Assembly: GCA_963799845.1 (NCBI GenBank)
Contig: CAWCYI010000001.1
Location: 1 to 64,000, forward strand
Reading direction: 5' to 3'
Origin: an uncultured Nitrososphaerota archaeon
GTDB lineage: Archaea; Thermoproteota; Nitrososphaeria; Nitrososphaerales; CADDZS01
Length of the DNA stretch: 64,000 bases
This document shows positions 30,981-40,053 of this stretch, piece by piece (within the stretch, counting starts at the first letter, position 1; every line of letters begins with the position of its first letter). A program made the translations under genes and the position numbers. The notes under the pieces were generated by a model. It was not told the DNA's origin. It was given only the letters and a program-made list of their open reading frames with translations, and did no database searches.

Positions 30981-31646
30981 CTACAGTGCACTTTCCCAGA
31001 TTTCCTGTAGTCCTCTGGGAAGGGACCTCGAAATTTCCCTTGCGTCGACGGAACTCATTATCCGCTTGAGCGAAGAGAATACTTCTCTGGCGGCGATGAA
31101 AGCTTCCTCCATAGTCTCAAACTTTCCCTGCTTCTTTATCGGAATTAGAAAGTCTGACATGTTGAAGAATTGTTCAGTCCCTGGCTGCTCAACCGCAGCC
31201 CAGAGGCTCCTTATTCCAGATGGAAGGTTTTTCTTCAGCTGCTTTTTCTGGTTCGGAGACAACCGCTTGCTCATCAAGTACAGAGTTATTCTGGCGATTC
31301 TCTCCGCTCTTTCGCAATTATCGAGCTCGAGGCGCTGGTCAAGCTCCCTAAGAAACCTCTTCTTGGAGACAAGTTCCTTGTCCCCGGTGATAACCCCGCT
31401 CCGTTTATCGAGAATGTCTACCTTTCTTCCTCGCAGAATGACTACTCTGTTGCCAATTGTTGCGATCGCAGGATAGGGTAGGACTATCCGCCGTACCCTT
31501 TTTTTCCCCCGAATGACAACAAAGCTATCGACATTCAGAGCTCTGATACGTCCAGCCGTCAACCCATCGGCAAATCGGACTTCGCTACCCAATCTCGGAA
31601 CACGCTGTTGTTCCTGCTGTTGATTTGAGTTTTCAGTAACCCGCAA
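30981..31646 (-). CDS. DUF2267-like protein with N-terminal PRC-barrel-like domain
   Basis: Two helical repeats ending LPSGIRSLW and LPRGLQEIW; N-terminal GSEVRFADG..GRI. Confidence 0.65.
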   Translation of the reverse strand: MRVTENSNQQQEQQRVPRLGSEVRFADGLTAGRIRALNVDSFVVIRGKKRVRRIVLPYPAIATIGNRVVILRGRKVDILDKRSGVITGDKELVSKKRFLRELDQRLELDNCERAERIARITLYLMSKRLSPNQKKQLKKNLPSGIRSLWAAVEQPGTEQFFNMSDFLIPIKKQGKFETMEEAFIAAREVFSSLKRIMSSVDAREISRSLPRGLQEIWESAL

Positions 31647-31953
31647 GATGGTAACTTTACACGACTTCGGGAACAGAGGGAGATTGTGCCATATAACTCT
31701 AGATTAGAGAACGCTTTTTCGTGAACATGGTAAGAATATTCTTTTACCCAGGCCCCTTCATTTCCCGTTTCTAGAACACTGGAACAGCCCGAAAATGAAT
31801 CGATTTCTTGTGGGCCAGTGGCCAATTAGGTATTACATTGCACACACGAGCCCACTTCTAACTATACATATGATGCAGTAGATTTCCCTAAAGAATTAAT
31901 TTGGTCCCCGAATGATATTTGTCCAAATTCAGGCCTTTGCAATAACTTATCCA

Positions 31954-32499
31954 TTAAAGACCAAGATAATTTTCCAGCAAGATTATCGCATCAGGCGTCA
32001 ATTCTTTCGCGCGATCTTGCAGAAGCTTTCGAATATCATCCAAGGAAAAAAATCTAACTTGTGCGACTTCTTTGGGGTCTAGAACGAATTCCGCATCCGA
32101 TTTCACTTCAAAAGCATAAGCTACTTCGTACTCTGTAACCCCTGAGGATCTTATCTCAGGAAGCATGAACTTGAACAGAAACTTTGGTGCTGCGTCTATC
32201 CCTAACTCCTCTTTCAGCTCGCGAACTGAAGCTGAAGAAGGCAACTCGCCAGCCTTCACGTGTCCTGTCGAAGAAACTGTCCATTTCCCCGGAAGCCAGT
32301 CGTCCGAAAAACTCCTCTGTTGCAACAGAATTTCGTTCCGAGAATTTTTTAGGAAAATAGCTACTGATCGGTGAAGCAAGCCCTTTCTCTTGCATTCTTC
32401 GAGCGTCGTCGAAAAAAGTGGTTCGTCGTTTTTGCTTACCAGATCCACATTTTCGCCCGTTGTCAAGAACTGAGTCCACCTTGCAAACAGCACCAACAT
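31954..32499 (-). CDS. Nudix hydrolase, IDI-1/YfcD-like
   Basis: GLLHRSVAIF, ILLQQRS, GHVKAGE..RELKEELGI Nudix box. Confidence 0.85.
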   Translation of the reverse strand: MLVLFARWTQFLTTGENVDLVSKNDEPLFSTTLEECKRKGLLHRSVAIFLKNSRNEILLQQRSFSDDWLPGKWTVSSTGHVKAGELPSSASVRELKEELGIDAAPKFLFKFMLPEIRSSGVTEYEVAYAFEVKSDAEFVLDPKEVAQVRFFSLDDIRKLLQDRAKELTPDAIILLENYLGL

Positions 32500-32594
32500 T
32501 GTAATGGATTACAAAAAAATTATTTCTGGCTAATTCTGACAAACATTTTAAGTTAATTTTCTTTCTTGCTCGATCAACAGGCGAGATCGAAATA

Positions 32595-33413
32595 GTGACG
32601 GCCAATAATAACGAGGAATTTGTGAGTCAGCTTCTCAGAGCTAGGGTCTATGATCTCGGTCAACCATACTGGTGGGGCATGCCAGTACATCCCGCTGATC
32701 CTCCTTTCTTGATCTATCTTTACAGGTACCACGAGCATACAAAGAAGCTTTTTGAGACCATTGCTCCTGGGTTGGGTTTCGCCGATTCTCTCGAACTTAT
32801 CACTACCAGCATGCATTCCGGCACGCACCTTGACGTGTTGTGTCACATGTCCAGAGACGGGAAGCTCTATGGGGGAGTCAACGCAGCCGAAATAGAATCC
32901 CACGTCGGTTATACTAAGATGGGTGTTGACGAAATTCCTCCCCTCGTCAAAAGAGCAGTTCTGTTGGATTTCCCCAAGTTCAAAGGCCTGGACATTCTTC
33001 CAGAGAGATATGAAATTTCTCCTGAAGATGTGGAAGGCGCTATCAAATCAGAGGGTGTTGATGTCAGATCGGGCGATGCAGTTCTTGTAAGAACGGGTTA
33101 CTCCAGGTTCATGACAACCGACTCTGACGCATATCTTCACAAGTACGCTGGAATGACGGCTGCCTCGGCAAGATACCTCGCATCGAAAAAAATCTCGCTG
33201 GCTTGCTCCGATAACTTGGCATTCGGAGTGCCTAAACCGTTTGAGCTTCATCAAGCATTCCTGGTTGAAAATGGTATTTTCATGATCAAGAGCTTGAATC
33301 TTGAACAGCTCGCCAAGGATCGAATTTACGTTTCGACGCTAATCGTGTTGCCTCTAAAGGTTAAAGGAGCGACGGGTTCGCTGGTACGCCCCATCGCACT
33401 AGCTCCCTCATGA
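32595..33413 (+). CDS. Cyclase / kynurenine formamidase family protein
   Basis: HSGTHLDVLCH, GDAVLVRTG, PLKVKGATGSLVRP. Confidence 0.9.
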   Translation: MTANNNEEFVSQLLRARVYDLGQPYWWGMPVHPADPPFLIYLYRYHEHTKKLFETIAPGLGFADSLELITTSMHSGTHLDVLCHMSRDGKLYGGVNAAEIESHVGYTKMGVDEIPPLVKRAVLLDFPKFKGLDILPERYEISPEDVEGAIKSEGVDVRSGDAVLVRTGYSRFMTTDSDAYLHKYAGMTAASARYLASKKISLACSDNLAFGVPKPFELHQAFLVENGIFMIKSLNLEQLAKDRIYVSTLIVLPLKVKGATGSLVRPIALAPS

Positions 33414-33414
33414 T

Positions 33415-34710
33415 TTGAATCTTTGGTTGAAGCATATGAAATCTGAAAACACCATCGCAGATTCGATCGACTCGCAGAGATTGGCACAGGATTCGCTGGA
33501 TCTTGTGAACGTAAACAGTCCGACCGGAAGCGAAGGAGAGGTCGCAGAGCTATACGCTTCAAAGTTGAGAGCTCTGGGAATGAAGGTCGTCATGCAGGAG
33601 ATCGAATCTGGCAGGTGCAACGTTCTCGCCACTCTCACAGGAGAGGATATCGATGCAGCGACGTTGATGTTCAACGGCCACTTGGACACCTCCTTTGCAG
33701 CTAGCGAAGACATTGAGATTTTGCACTCGATTTCACCAGTCTATCGCCCTGGTCCACCTTGGGGCAGGATCGAGGGAGACTGGATTTATGGTATGGGAGC
33801 GTTCAACATGAAGTCAGCGCTTGCCGCTTATGCATCAGCTGTTCGGACGGTCCAGGACTCAGGAGAGAAGCTCCGAGGAAATATCGTTATAGCAGGCGTC
33901 GTGGGGGAAATCGAAAAGACAGAAGTCGATCAATACCGCGGGCCTCAATATCGAGGATATGGATATGGGACGGCCTATCTTGTTTCACACGGTGGAACGG
34001 CCGACGTAGCGATATTGGGGGAGCCCACGGGATTGAGACTGATGTGCGCCCACAGCGGCAGCTGCTGGTTCAGGATCGGGCTTCGTGGGACGCTGGTCCA
34101 CACTGGTCACGCCGGTGGTACCAAGAATGTTATTCAGCAGATGAACCGAATCATCAGCGCGCTCGGTGAGTGGATTCCTAGTTATCAAGAAAGGTTCAGT
34201 TACATGGGTGCGAAGCCGACAGTAAATATAGGATCGATAGAGGGCGGGTGGCCTTGGCGCGCTTCGCGGACTCCGGGCTTCTGTAATTTGTATGTAGACG
34301 TCAGATATCCTCCGAGACACCATGCGCTGGACATCAAATACGAAATCCAAAAAGTCTTGGACAAAGTCAAAAAAGAACATGGAATATCAGCAGAGCTGGA
34401 AATCTACGTGACGGATGAATGGTCGGCAGTCTCAGAAGACGAATATGTCGCAGCTTCGATCAAGAGTGCTCATAACAGTGTATTTCGCAGTCCGGCTGAG
34501 ACCGTTTATTTTTCTTGGTCTTCTGATGCCAATATACTGACGCGTCACGGCATAATCGCTGTAAATTACGGCCCATCGGGCGGACCTGGAAAGGAAACTC
34601 GTGGCACAATGTACATCCCGAACCTCGTTAATTGCGCGAAAGTGTACACTATATCGGCAATGGATATCTGCTCCAAATCGAGGTCTCAGGTTCGGGAGCA
34701 TTCGGATTGA
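33415..34710 (+). CDS. M20 family metallo-amidohydrolase (ArgE/DapE-like), atypical metal ligands
   Basis: SPTGSE, FNGHLDT, YGMGAFNMKS, ILGEPT, SDAN, NYGP. Confidence 0.85.
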   Translation: MNLWLKHMKSENTIADSIDSQRLAQDSLDLVNVNSPTGSEGEVAELYASKLRALGMKVVMQEIESGRCNVLATLTGEDIDAATLMFNGHLDTSFAASEDIEILHSISPVYRPGPPWGRIEGDWIYGMGAFNMKSALAAYASAVRTVQDSGEKLRGNIVIAGVVGEIEKTEVDQYRGPQYRGYGYGTAYLVSHGGTADVAILGEPTGLRLMCAHSGSCWFRIGLRGTLVHTGHAGGTKNVIQQMNRIISALGEWIPSYQERFSYMGAKPTVNIGSIEGGWPWRASRTPGFCNLYVDVRYPPRHHALDIKYEIQKVLDKVKKEHGISAELEIYVTDEWSAVSEDEYVAASIKSAHNSVFRSPAETVYFSWSSDANILTRHGIIAVNYGPSGGPGKETRGTMYIPNLVNCAKVYTISAMDICSKSRSQVREHSD

Positions 34711-34736
34711 ATGAAAAGCAGCGGAGTTAGAGAGTA

Positions 34737-36108
34737 ATGCAAGAAGCAACTGAAGAAATCAAGAACGCTTGGAAATATGCAGAGAATCACAACTCGAAAT
34801 TCATTGATGATCTGAAAGAACTAGTCGCGCAACCTAGCATCTCCGCCCAGAATATCGGTCTGAAAGAATGCGCAGAGCTTGTAAGGACAAAAATGACTGG
34901 TCTGGGATTTACTACGAGTTTACTTCCGATATCTGGAGCCCCCGATGCTGTCTACGGGGAGTTGAAAAGTTCTGGCGAGAACGCGAACACCCTGGTTATT
35001 TACAATCACTACGATGTTCAGCCTGTAGAACCGCTGGACGAATGGAATTCGGAACCCTTCAAGCCGATCGAGAGAGATGGAAAACTGTATGGCAGGGGAG
35101 TCGGCGACGACAAAGGGGAACTGGTAGCCAGGTTCAGCGCAGTCGAGTCAATTCTGAATTCCGGTTCCTCCATTCGACCCAATGTAAAGTGGTTTGTCGA
35201 AGGCGAGGAAGAGGTCGGCAGCCCTCATCTCCATGAGTTTATCTCGAAAAACAAGTCGCTACTGAGGGGCACCGGATGCCTATGGGAAGCGGGCGATCGG
35301 TCTCCATCAGGAAGATCGGAAATCCACTTGGGAGTCAAGGGACTGTTGTATGCCGAGTTTCGCGTCAAAGTTGGCAACAAAGATCAGCACTCCCAATATG
35401 GCGCCATCGCCCCGAATCCAGCTTGGCGGCTTGTCAACTTATTGAAGACAATCAAAAATGAAAAGGGAAGAATCCTGATTGATGGGTTCTACGATGAGGT
35501 CGCAAGGCCTACTCCTCAGGAACTCAAGCTTCTCAGGAGCAACGAGTTTTCAGTGAAAGGCCTCCGAAAAGCCCTCCAGATCGACTATCTGCTGGAAGAG
35601 AAGAATGACCTAGCAACGATAATAAAACATCTTTACAGCCCTACTGCGAATATAGCCGGTTTCAGTTCAGGATATACAGGGAAAGGTGCGAAGACGATCG
35701 TACCCAAGGAAGCTTTCGTGAAGGTGGATTTTCGTCTTGTAGCAAACATGCGCGGTGAGGACATCCGAAGGAAATTGAATCGGCACCTGAAGAAATTCGG
35801 ATTTGATGACGTTGACGTCACAATCTACTCGAAGGAAAATCCGGCCAAGACTCCCGTCGAGAGCTGACATTGCGCAGACGATGATGCAGTGCTCAGAGCT
35901 GGTCGAAGGAGAAAGGCCCAATGTCTGGCCCACCATAGCGGGTACTGGACCCATGAGTCTCTTCACAGACGATCTTAAACTGCCGACAGCGATGGGATTG
36001 GGGGTAAACTATCCGGGAGCCAGTTTCCACGCTCCCAACGAGCATATCATCTTAGATTACTACGCGAGGGGAATCAAGCAGATAATATCGCTATTAGCCA
36101 TGTTTTAA
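34737..36108 (+). CDS. M20 dipeptidase family, frameshifted near 35860
   Basis: YNHYDVQP, GRGVGDDKG, EGEEEVGS, DQHS, FHAPNE. Confidence 0.9.
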
Positions 36109-36146
36109 TCCTAGGAAGTCCTGAGCTAAGTTGAGAGGTAAGAGAA

Positions 36147-36275
36147 ATGCCGACGAAGAATGAGCACGTTTGTTCAAATCCTGAACATGAAATGAACTTT
36201 GCGGAAAGCACAGAAACAGGTCTGCTGTTCTGCACGATCTGCAAAGCTCCGTTCAAAAAGCAGCAGGTTGCCTAA
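36147..36275 (+). CDS. Small zinc-finger microprotein (42 aa), not in the ORF track
   Basis: MPTKNEHVCSNPEHEMNFAESTETGLLFCTICKAPFKKQQVA, with C-x4-H and CxxC; GAGAGGT SD-like sequence upstream. Confidence 0.6.
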   Translation: MPTKNEHVCSNPEHEMNFAESTETGLLFCTICKAPFKKQQVA

Positions 36276-36577
36276 CTCAAGGCCTGCAAGAGCTCCTCAT
36301 TGTATTGCATGCTAGCGGAAACTAGGCAGCTATGCTCTGCTATGTGGAGTGTGCAGAGAAATGACCCGCAACCGCAGTAATAGCTTGCGAGCTCCTTGGA
36401 ACCCTCACAGCGAAAACAGAATATCGTCCTTCCCACAATTTTTAACCTCTGCCTGATTTTAGGTTCCATCTCGGTAAAAAGATCGTCCAACTTCTGTGGC
36501 TGATGACCCTCAGCTCTATTTTTTTTCGCTGGGCCCGGTTTTTGCTGTGTCAACGTGAGTTCGAGAACTGAACGCAA
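36272..36577 (-). CDS. Small protein with AN1/B-box-like zinc finger
   Basis: CFRC..YYCGCGSFLCTLHIAEHSC. Confidence 0.65.
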   Translation of the reverse strand: MRSVLELTLTQQKPGPAKKNRAEGHQPQKLDDLFTEMEPKIRQRLKIVGRTIFCFRCEGSKELASYYCGCGSFLCTLHIAEHSCLVSASMQYNEELLQALS

Positions 36578-36692
36578 CTAATTTCATGGAAAGTGTCAAC
36601 TTTGTGAGGCCAAGGGCTCACAATCGGTTCACAACAACAGAAAGACAGATAGGAATCGCTCTGAGCGTTGGGTTCCAAGGAATTCTTGGATC

Positions 36693-38033
36693 TTGCCGAG
36701 ATCTAGAAAAAACCCCGGTTCGAGAGATCAATTCTCTAGCGCCGAGATTCGTGATCCAATTCATGGTTACATTTACGCCAACGCCCTTGAGAGAAAAATA
36801 ATCGACACCGCAACGTTGCAAAGGCTCAGGCGGATCAGGCAACTAGCCGGATGCCATCTCGTCTATCCAGGCGGGCAGCACTCTAGGTTTGAACACGTAA
36901 TTGGCTGCATGTTTCTCGCGGGCAGGGTTGGAGAGATCCTCGAATCTCGAAAATCGGGGTTCAAGAACGAGACGACTGAGAAAATTAGAATCTCGGCTCT
37001 TCTCCATGACGTGGGCCACGGCCCATTCAGCCACATGTTCGAAGAAGTCCTGGCCGAAAAGACTGATGTCACCCATGAAGACATGAGCCAGAGAATAATT
37101 CGAGAAACGGAAATTGGAGACATTCTTGAATCCCACGGTTTCTCGCGCACGAGGATAAGCGAGCTGGCCGTGGGAAAGTCAACCAAGGAGATGAAGTTTA
37201 TGAATGACATAATCGGGGGTGGCCTCTCTGTTGACATCATGGACTATCTGTTGAGGGACTCTTACTTTACCGGCGTCGAGTACGGCAAGGTAGACGTCCA
37301 CCGTATAATTAACTCTTTTCGAGTCGTCGGGGGAAAACTGGCCATCTCTCAAGCGGCCGTTTTTGCTTTCGAAGCCCTGATGATATCAAGATACGAAATG
37401 TTTAGAGCGGTATATTTTCACAGGACCGTTAGGGCAGCCGAGCTGATGCTAATCAAGTCAATGAGCCTGGCCGACAAGGAACTGAATTTGACCGATCTCT
37501 CACTGTCCAACTATCTCTCGTTAACGGACGAGATTACTCTTTACAGAATTTCCAACATTGAGCCTGGAAGCGATAGAGAGCTGAGGCTCGCAAGAAAACT
37601 CGCAATTGACTATCAGAGAAGGAAGCTTTTGAAGTGCGTTTTCGAGCAAACCGTTCAGAGACGCGATAGTTTTCTGACTTCAATTTTCAACCAGAGAAGT
37701 TTTCGAGAGAACCTCGCGGGGCAGATCGCGGAAAAAGCCAAAGTCGACATCAGCGATGTTTTTGTCGATGTCCCCACCGCGCCGTCAGTTCCTGTCTCTT
37801 CCGCAAGGGAAACGTTCAAGGGAATAACCGTCGTGAAAGGAGGTCTAGAAGATGAAGGCAGGGATATTCCATCGTACGAACTCGGAATCAGCGAGCTTCC
37901 GCTACTTGGCACTATCGCAGGTTACATGGATGTAATGCGGGTTTACACAACCCCTGAGAGTCGGGCCAAGGTGAAGAAAGCTACTGAGACTGTCTTCCGG
38001 AAAGAGGGCTTTGAGAGCAAAGTTTCGATGTGA
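36693..38033 (+). CDS. HD-domain phosphohydrolase (dNTP triphosphohydrolase / SAMHD1-like)
   Basis: IRDPIHG, QRLRRIRQL, HSRFEH, LLHDVGHGPFSH, DYLLRD, VYFH. Confidence 0.93.
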   Translation: MPRSRKNPGSRDQFSSAEIRDPIHGYIYANALERKIIDTATLQRLRRIRQLAGCHLVYPGGQHSRFEHVIGCMFLAGRVGEILESRKSGFKNETTEKIRISALLHDVGHGPFSHMFEEVLAEKTDVTHEDMSQRIIRETEIGDILESHGFSRTRISELAVGKSTKEMKFMNDIIGGGLSVDIMDYLLRDSYFTGVEYGKVDVHRIINSFRVVGGKLAISQAAVFAFEALMISRYEMFRAVYFHRTVRAAELMLIKSMSLADKELNLTDLSLSNYLSLTDEITLYRISNIEPGSDRELRLARKLAIDYQRRKLLKCVFEQTVQRRDSFLTSIFNQRSFRENLAGQIAEKAKVDISDVFVDVPTAPSVPVSSARETFKGITVVKGGLEDEGRDIPSYELGISELPLLGTIAGYMDVMRVYTTPESRAKVKKATETVFRKEGFESKVSM

Positions 38034-38115
38034 TGAAATCAGGCCAGTTTCGAGAACAAAAACACAAGGCTTTTGAAGCTAACATTCGGGTGTTGGCGAA
38101 ACGGAAAATCATCGT

Positions 38116-38361
38116 ATGGCTTCGCAAAATAGCCGAAAAAAGACTCCCCTGATTCTGGCGGTAATGTCAGCCGCTATCTTTATCCTCGCAGTCCTGTTTT
38201 CTGCAATTCCATCTGTCGGTCTCTATGTCTCGCTCGCACTGGTAGTCGTGGGTGGTTTCACGATGCTCGTTGCCGGGATTATACGTGAAGCGGGGTCTAA
38301 ACGAGAACCAGTGCCCGCTCAGAAAGTAACAGATCCGGATATGGAAGACGTCCCAGCCTGA
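38116..38361 (+). CDS. Small membrane protein (2 TM)
   Basis: 81 aa with two hydrophobic helices. Confidence 0.65.
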   Translation: MASQNSRKKTPLILAVMSAAIFILAVLFSAIPSVGLYVSLALVVVGGFTMLVAGIIREAGSKREPVPAQKVTDPDMEDVPA

Positions 38362-38371
38362 AATTTTTTGG

Positions 38372-38641
38372 TCAAAAAGATTCTGTTATCTTCAGGAATT
38401 CTGAGTATGAGACCCCAACAAGCTCTTTGAAATTTTCCTTCACTTTTTTCGCCCTCATCGCATAAGCAATCCCGCCCTTCCTTTCCAGCTTGGATAGGAA
38501 ACCCGTGAGGATTAGCGCAGTTTGGGCTCTTTCTTCGGAACCCAGATTCGAGATCAGTTTTCGCAAAACTCTCGCATCGGAACCGTCGGCATATATCAGA
38601 ACACTATCAGGTTTGTCAGACCTGTAGGAAACGTCCAGCAA
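38372..38641 (-). CDS. Hypothetical protein
   Basis: 89-aa TTG ORF preceded by a TATATATT box. Confidence 0.6.
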   Translation of the reverse strand: MLDVSYRSDKPDSVLIYADGSDARVLRKLISNLGSEERAQTALILTGFLSKLERKGGIAYAMRAKKVKENFKELVGVSYSEFLKITESF

Positions 38642-38698
38642 ATTGTAGGCCTGAGGCTTTAGATCAAATATATACTTGCCGAGCGTTTTTGCGGATTA

Positions 38699-39088
38699 TC
38701 ATTTGTTCTGCGGAATAAATTCCTGAATTCTTCCACGTAAAACATCAACCAGCGAGTCGAGGGATTTTCCATCGCTGTCGACTCCCAGTTGCTTACCGAG
38801 TGATTCCGCGATCTTGCCTTCTATAACATAGGCGGCGCTACCAAACATTTTGGTCAACGCAGCCCTCAGCGCATCAAGATTATTCGCGAGCGAATTAAGA
38901 TCGACAGAATGTTCAAGCTCCAGGATGTAGACTAGCGATTCGACCACGGGTCCAGCTCCGAAGTAGCTCAGTCCCTTTACGACAGCTTTTGCTACCTGCT
39001 GATTTAGAGCGATCTCTGAAGCGTCCGCATCGGAATCGTACCTGTTCTTCTTAATGTTCAGGGAAAAAGAATCTGACGCACTTTGCAA
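38699..39088 (-). CDS. Small helical archaeal protein, DUF3227/NitrOD-like
   Basis: Pattern GLSYFG..VVESLVYILE..ALTKMFGSAAYVIE..I...LG. Confidence 0.65.
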   Translation of the reverse strand: MQSASDSFSLNIKKNRYDSDADASEIALNQQVAKAVVKGLSYFGAGPVVESLVYILELEHSVDLNSLANNLDALRAALTKMFGSAAYVIEGKIAESLGKQLGVDSDGKSLDSLVDVLRGRIQEFIPQNK

Positions 39089-39143
39089 GAGTTAATGGCT
39101 CAGCCGCCGTGGTTTGCGTGATTCTCTTTCGATACGCCGAATC

Positions 39144-39497
39144 CTAGTTGGTCAGCTCAGGTTTAATTGAAGCTTGCGCCTTCTCGGGCGATGTCCTGTA
39201 GAAGTACAGCGCCGAGTAAATTGCGGTAGTGCTGAAGAAGGCTGTCAAAATGAGGAGAATGTTTTGGACTTCACCAATTAGTGGCAAAGTACGCCAGAGA
39301 TCAGAGACAAGTCCCATGAGTGGCGAAAGCAACAAAGATGCAAAAGCGAACGACATCAATCTGAAGACTGTTTTCGGTTTGCTTATTGCTACAATTTCTG
39401 CATTCGCTGTAAGCTGAATCAACTTCATTGAATAAACCATGGCGGCAAGAAGAAACACGACTGCAACCATTTCCAGGGCCGCATCTATCGCGGTCAT
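39144..39497 (-). CDS. Small membrane protein (3 TM)
   Basis: 117 aa, strongly hydrophobic segments; GAGGGAGG SD-like sequence upstream. Confidence 0.7.
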   Translation of the reverse strand: MTAIDAALEMVAVVFLLAAMVYSMKLIQLTANAEIVAISKPKTVFRLMSFAFASLLLSPLMGLVSDLWRTLPLIGEVQNILLILTAFFSTTAIYSALYFYRTSPEKAQASIKPELTN

Positions 39498-39785
39498 TTT
39501 CTAGCTATTCCTCCCTCTAATCGTAGTATTCGTCATTTTTCATCGAGCTCTTGAATGTGAATCGACTCTTTCTTCATTAGAATAATCCATTGTGGACGCT
39601 AGATCAGTTTCCGGGATCTATTTTCCTCCTTCAAGTGTACCGAGCTTTGACGAACGGCAGATGAGACAGACGGGTAGCGATCTGGCTTGGTTCACCTAGC
39701 AAATCAAGCCGCATCCCGGTGATCCTTAGATCATTGAAAGCAGATCAGAGGCCGAGAATCTCCCGATTTGCTGGTACTCGAAAGT

Positions 39786-39809
39786 TTGAATACGAACTAA
39801 AGTATTCAA
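39786..39809. promoter_or_regulatory. Perfect 8-bp inverted repeat, putative operator of the AbrB-like gene
   Basis: TTGAATAC-N8-GTATTCAA overlapping a BRE/TATA-like CGAAAGTTTGAATA, 5 bp before ATG 39815. Confidence 0.55.
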
Positions 39810-39814
39810 TTCTG

Positions 39815-39991
39815 ATGGGTGTCAGTTTGGAGAAACATATCAAAATCTCTACGCAAGGGAGATTGACTATACCTAAGCAGATTAGAGACAGTCTTCGGAT
39901 CTCCGATGGTCAAGCGATCCTCGTTAAATCAAATTCAGAAAAAAGAGAGATCGTGATCGTGCTTCAGCCGAGTATATCTGATTACAAATGA
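39815..39991 (+). CDS. AbrB/MazE/SpoVT family DNA-binding protein
   Basis: KISTQGRLTIPKQIRDSLRISDG. Confidence 0.88.
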   Translation: MGVSLEKHIKISTQGRLTIPKQIRDSLRISDGQAILVKSNSEKREIVIVLQPSISDYK

Positions 39992-40053
39992 CGATTCCTA
40001 ACAGTATGAATTAAATCCCTTGATCGTAAAGAAAAAATGAAGCGGCCAAGGAC

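Noticed and set aside
31954-32499. Type 1 isopentenyl-diphosphate isomerase
   Set aside because: The catalytic Cys motif is replaced by TVSSTGH and a full Nudix box is present, so a generic Nudix hydrolase is more likely
39618-39715. 25-aa CxxC ORF on the minus strand and a GGCTTG..CAAGCC hairpin
   Set aside because: Too short, with a single CxxC and a 6-bp stem; compatible with chance
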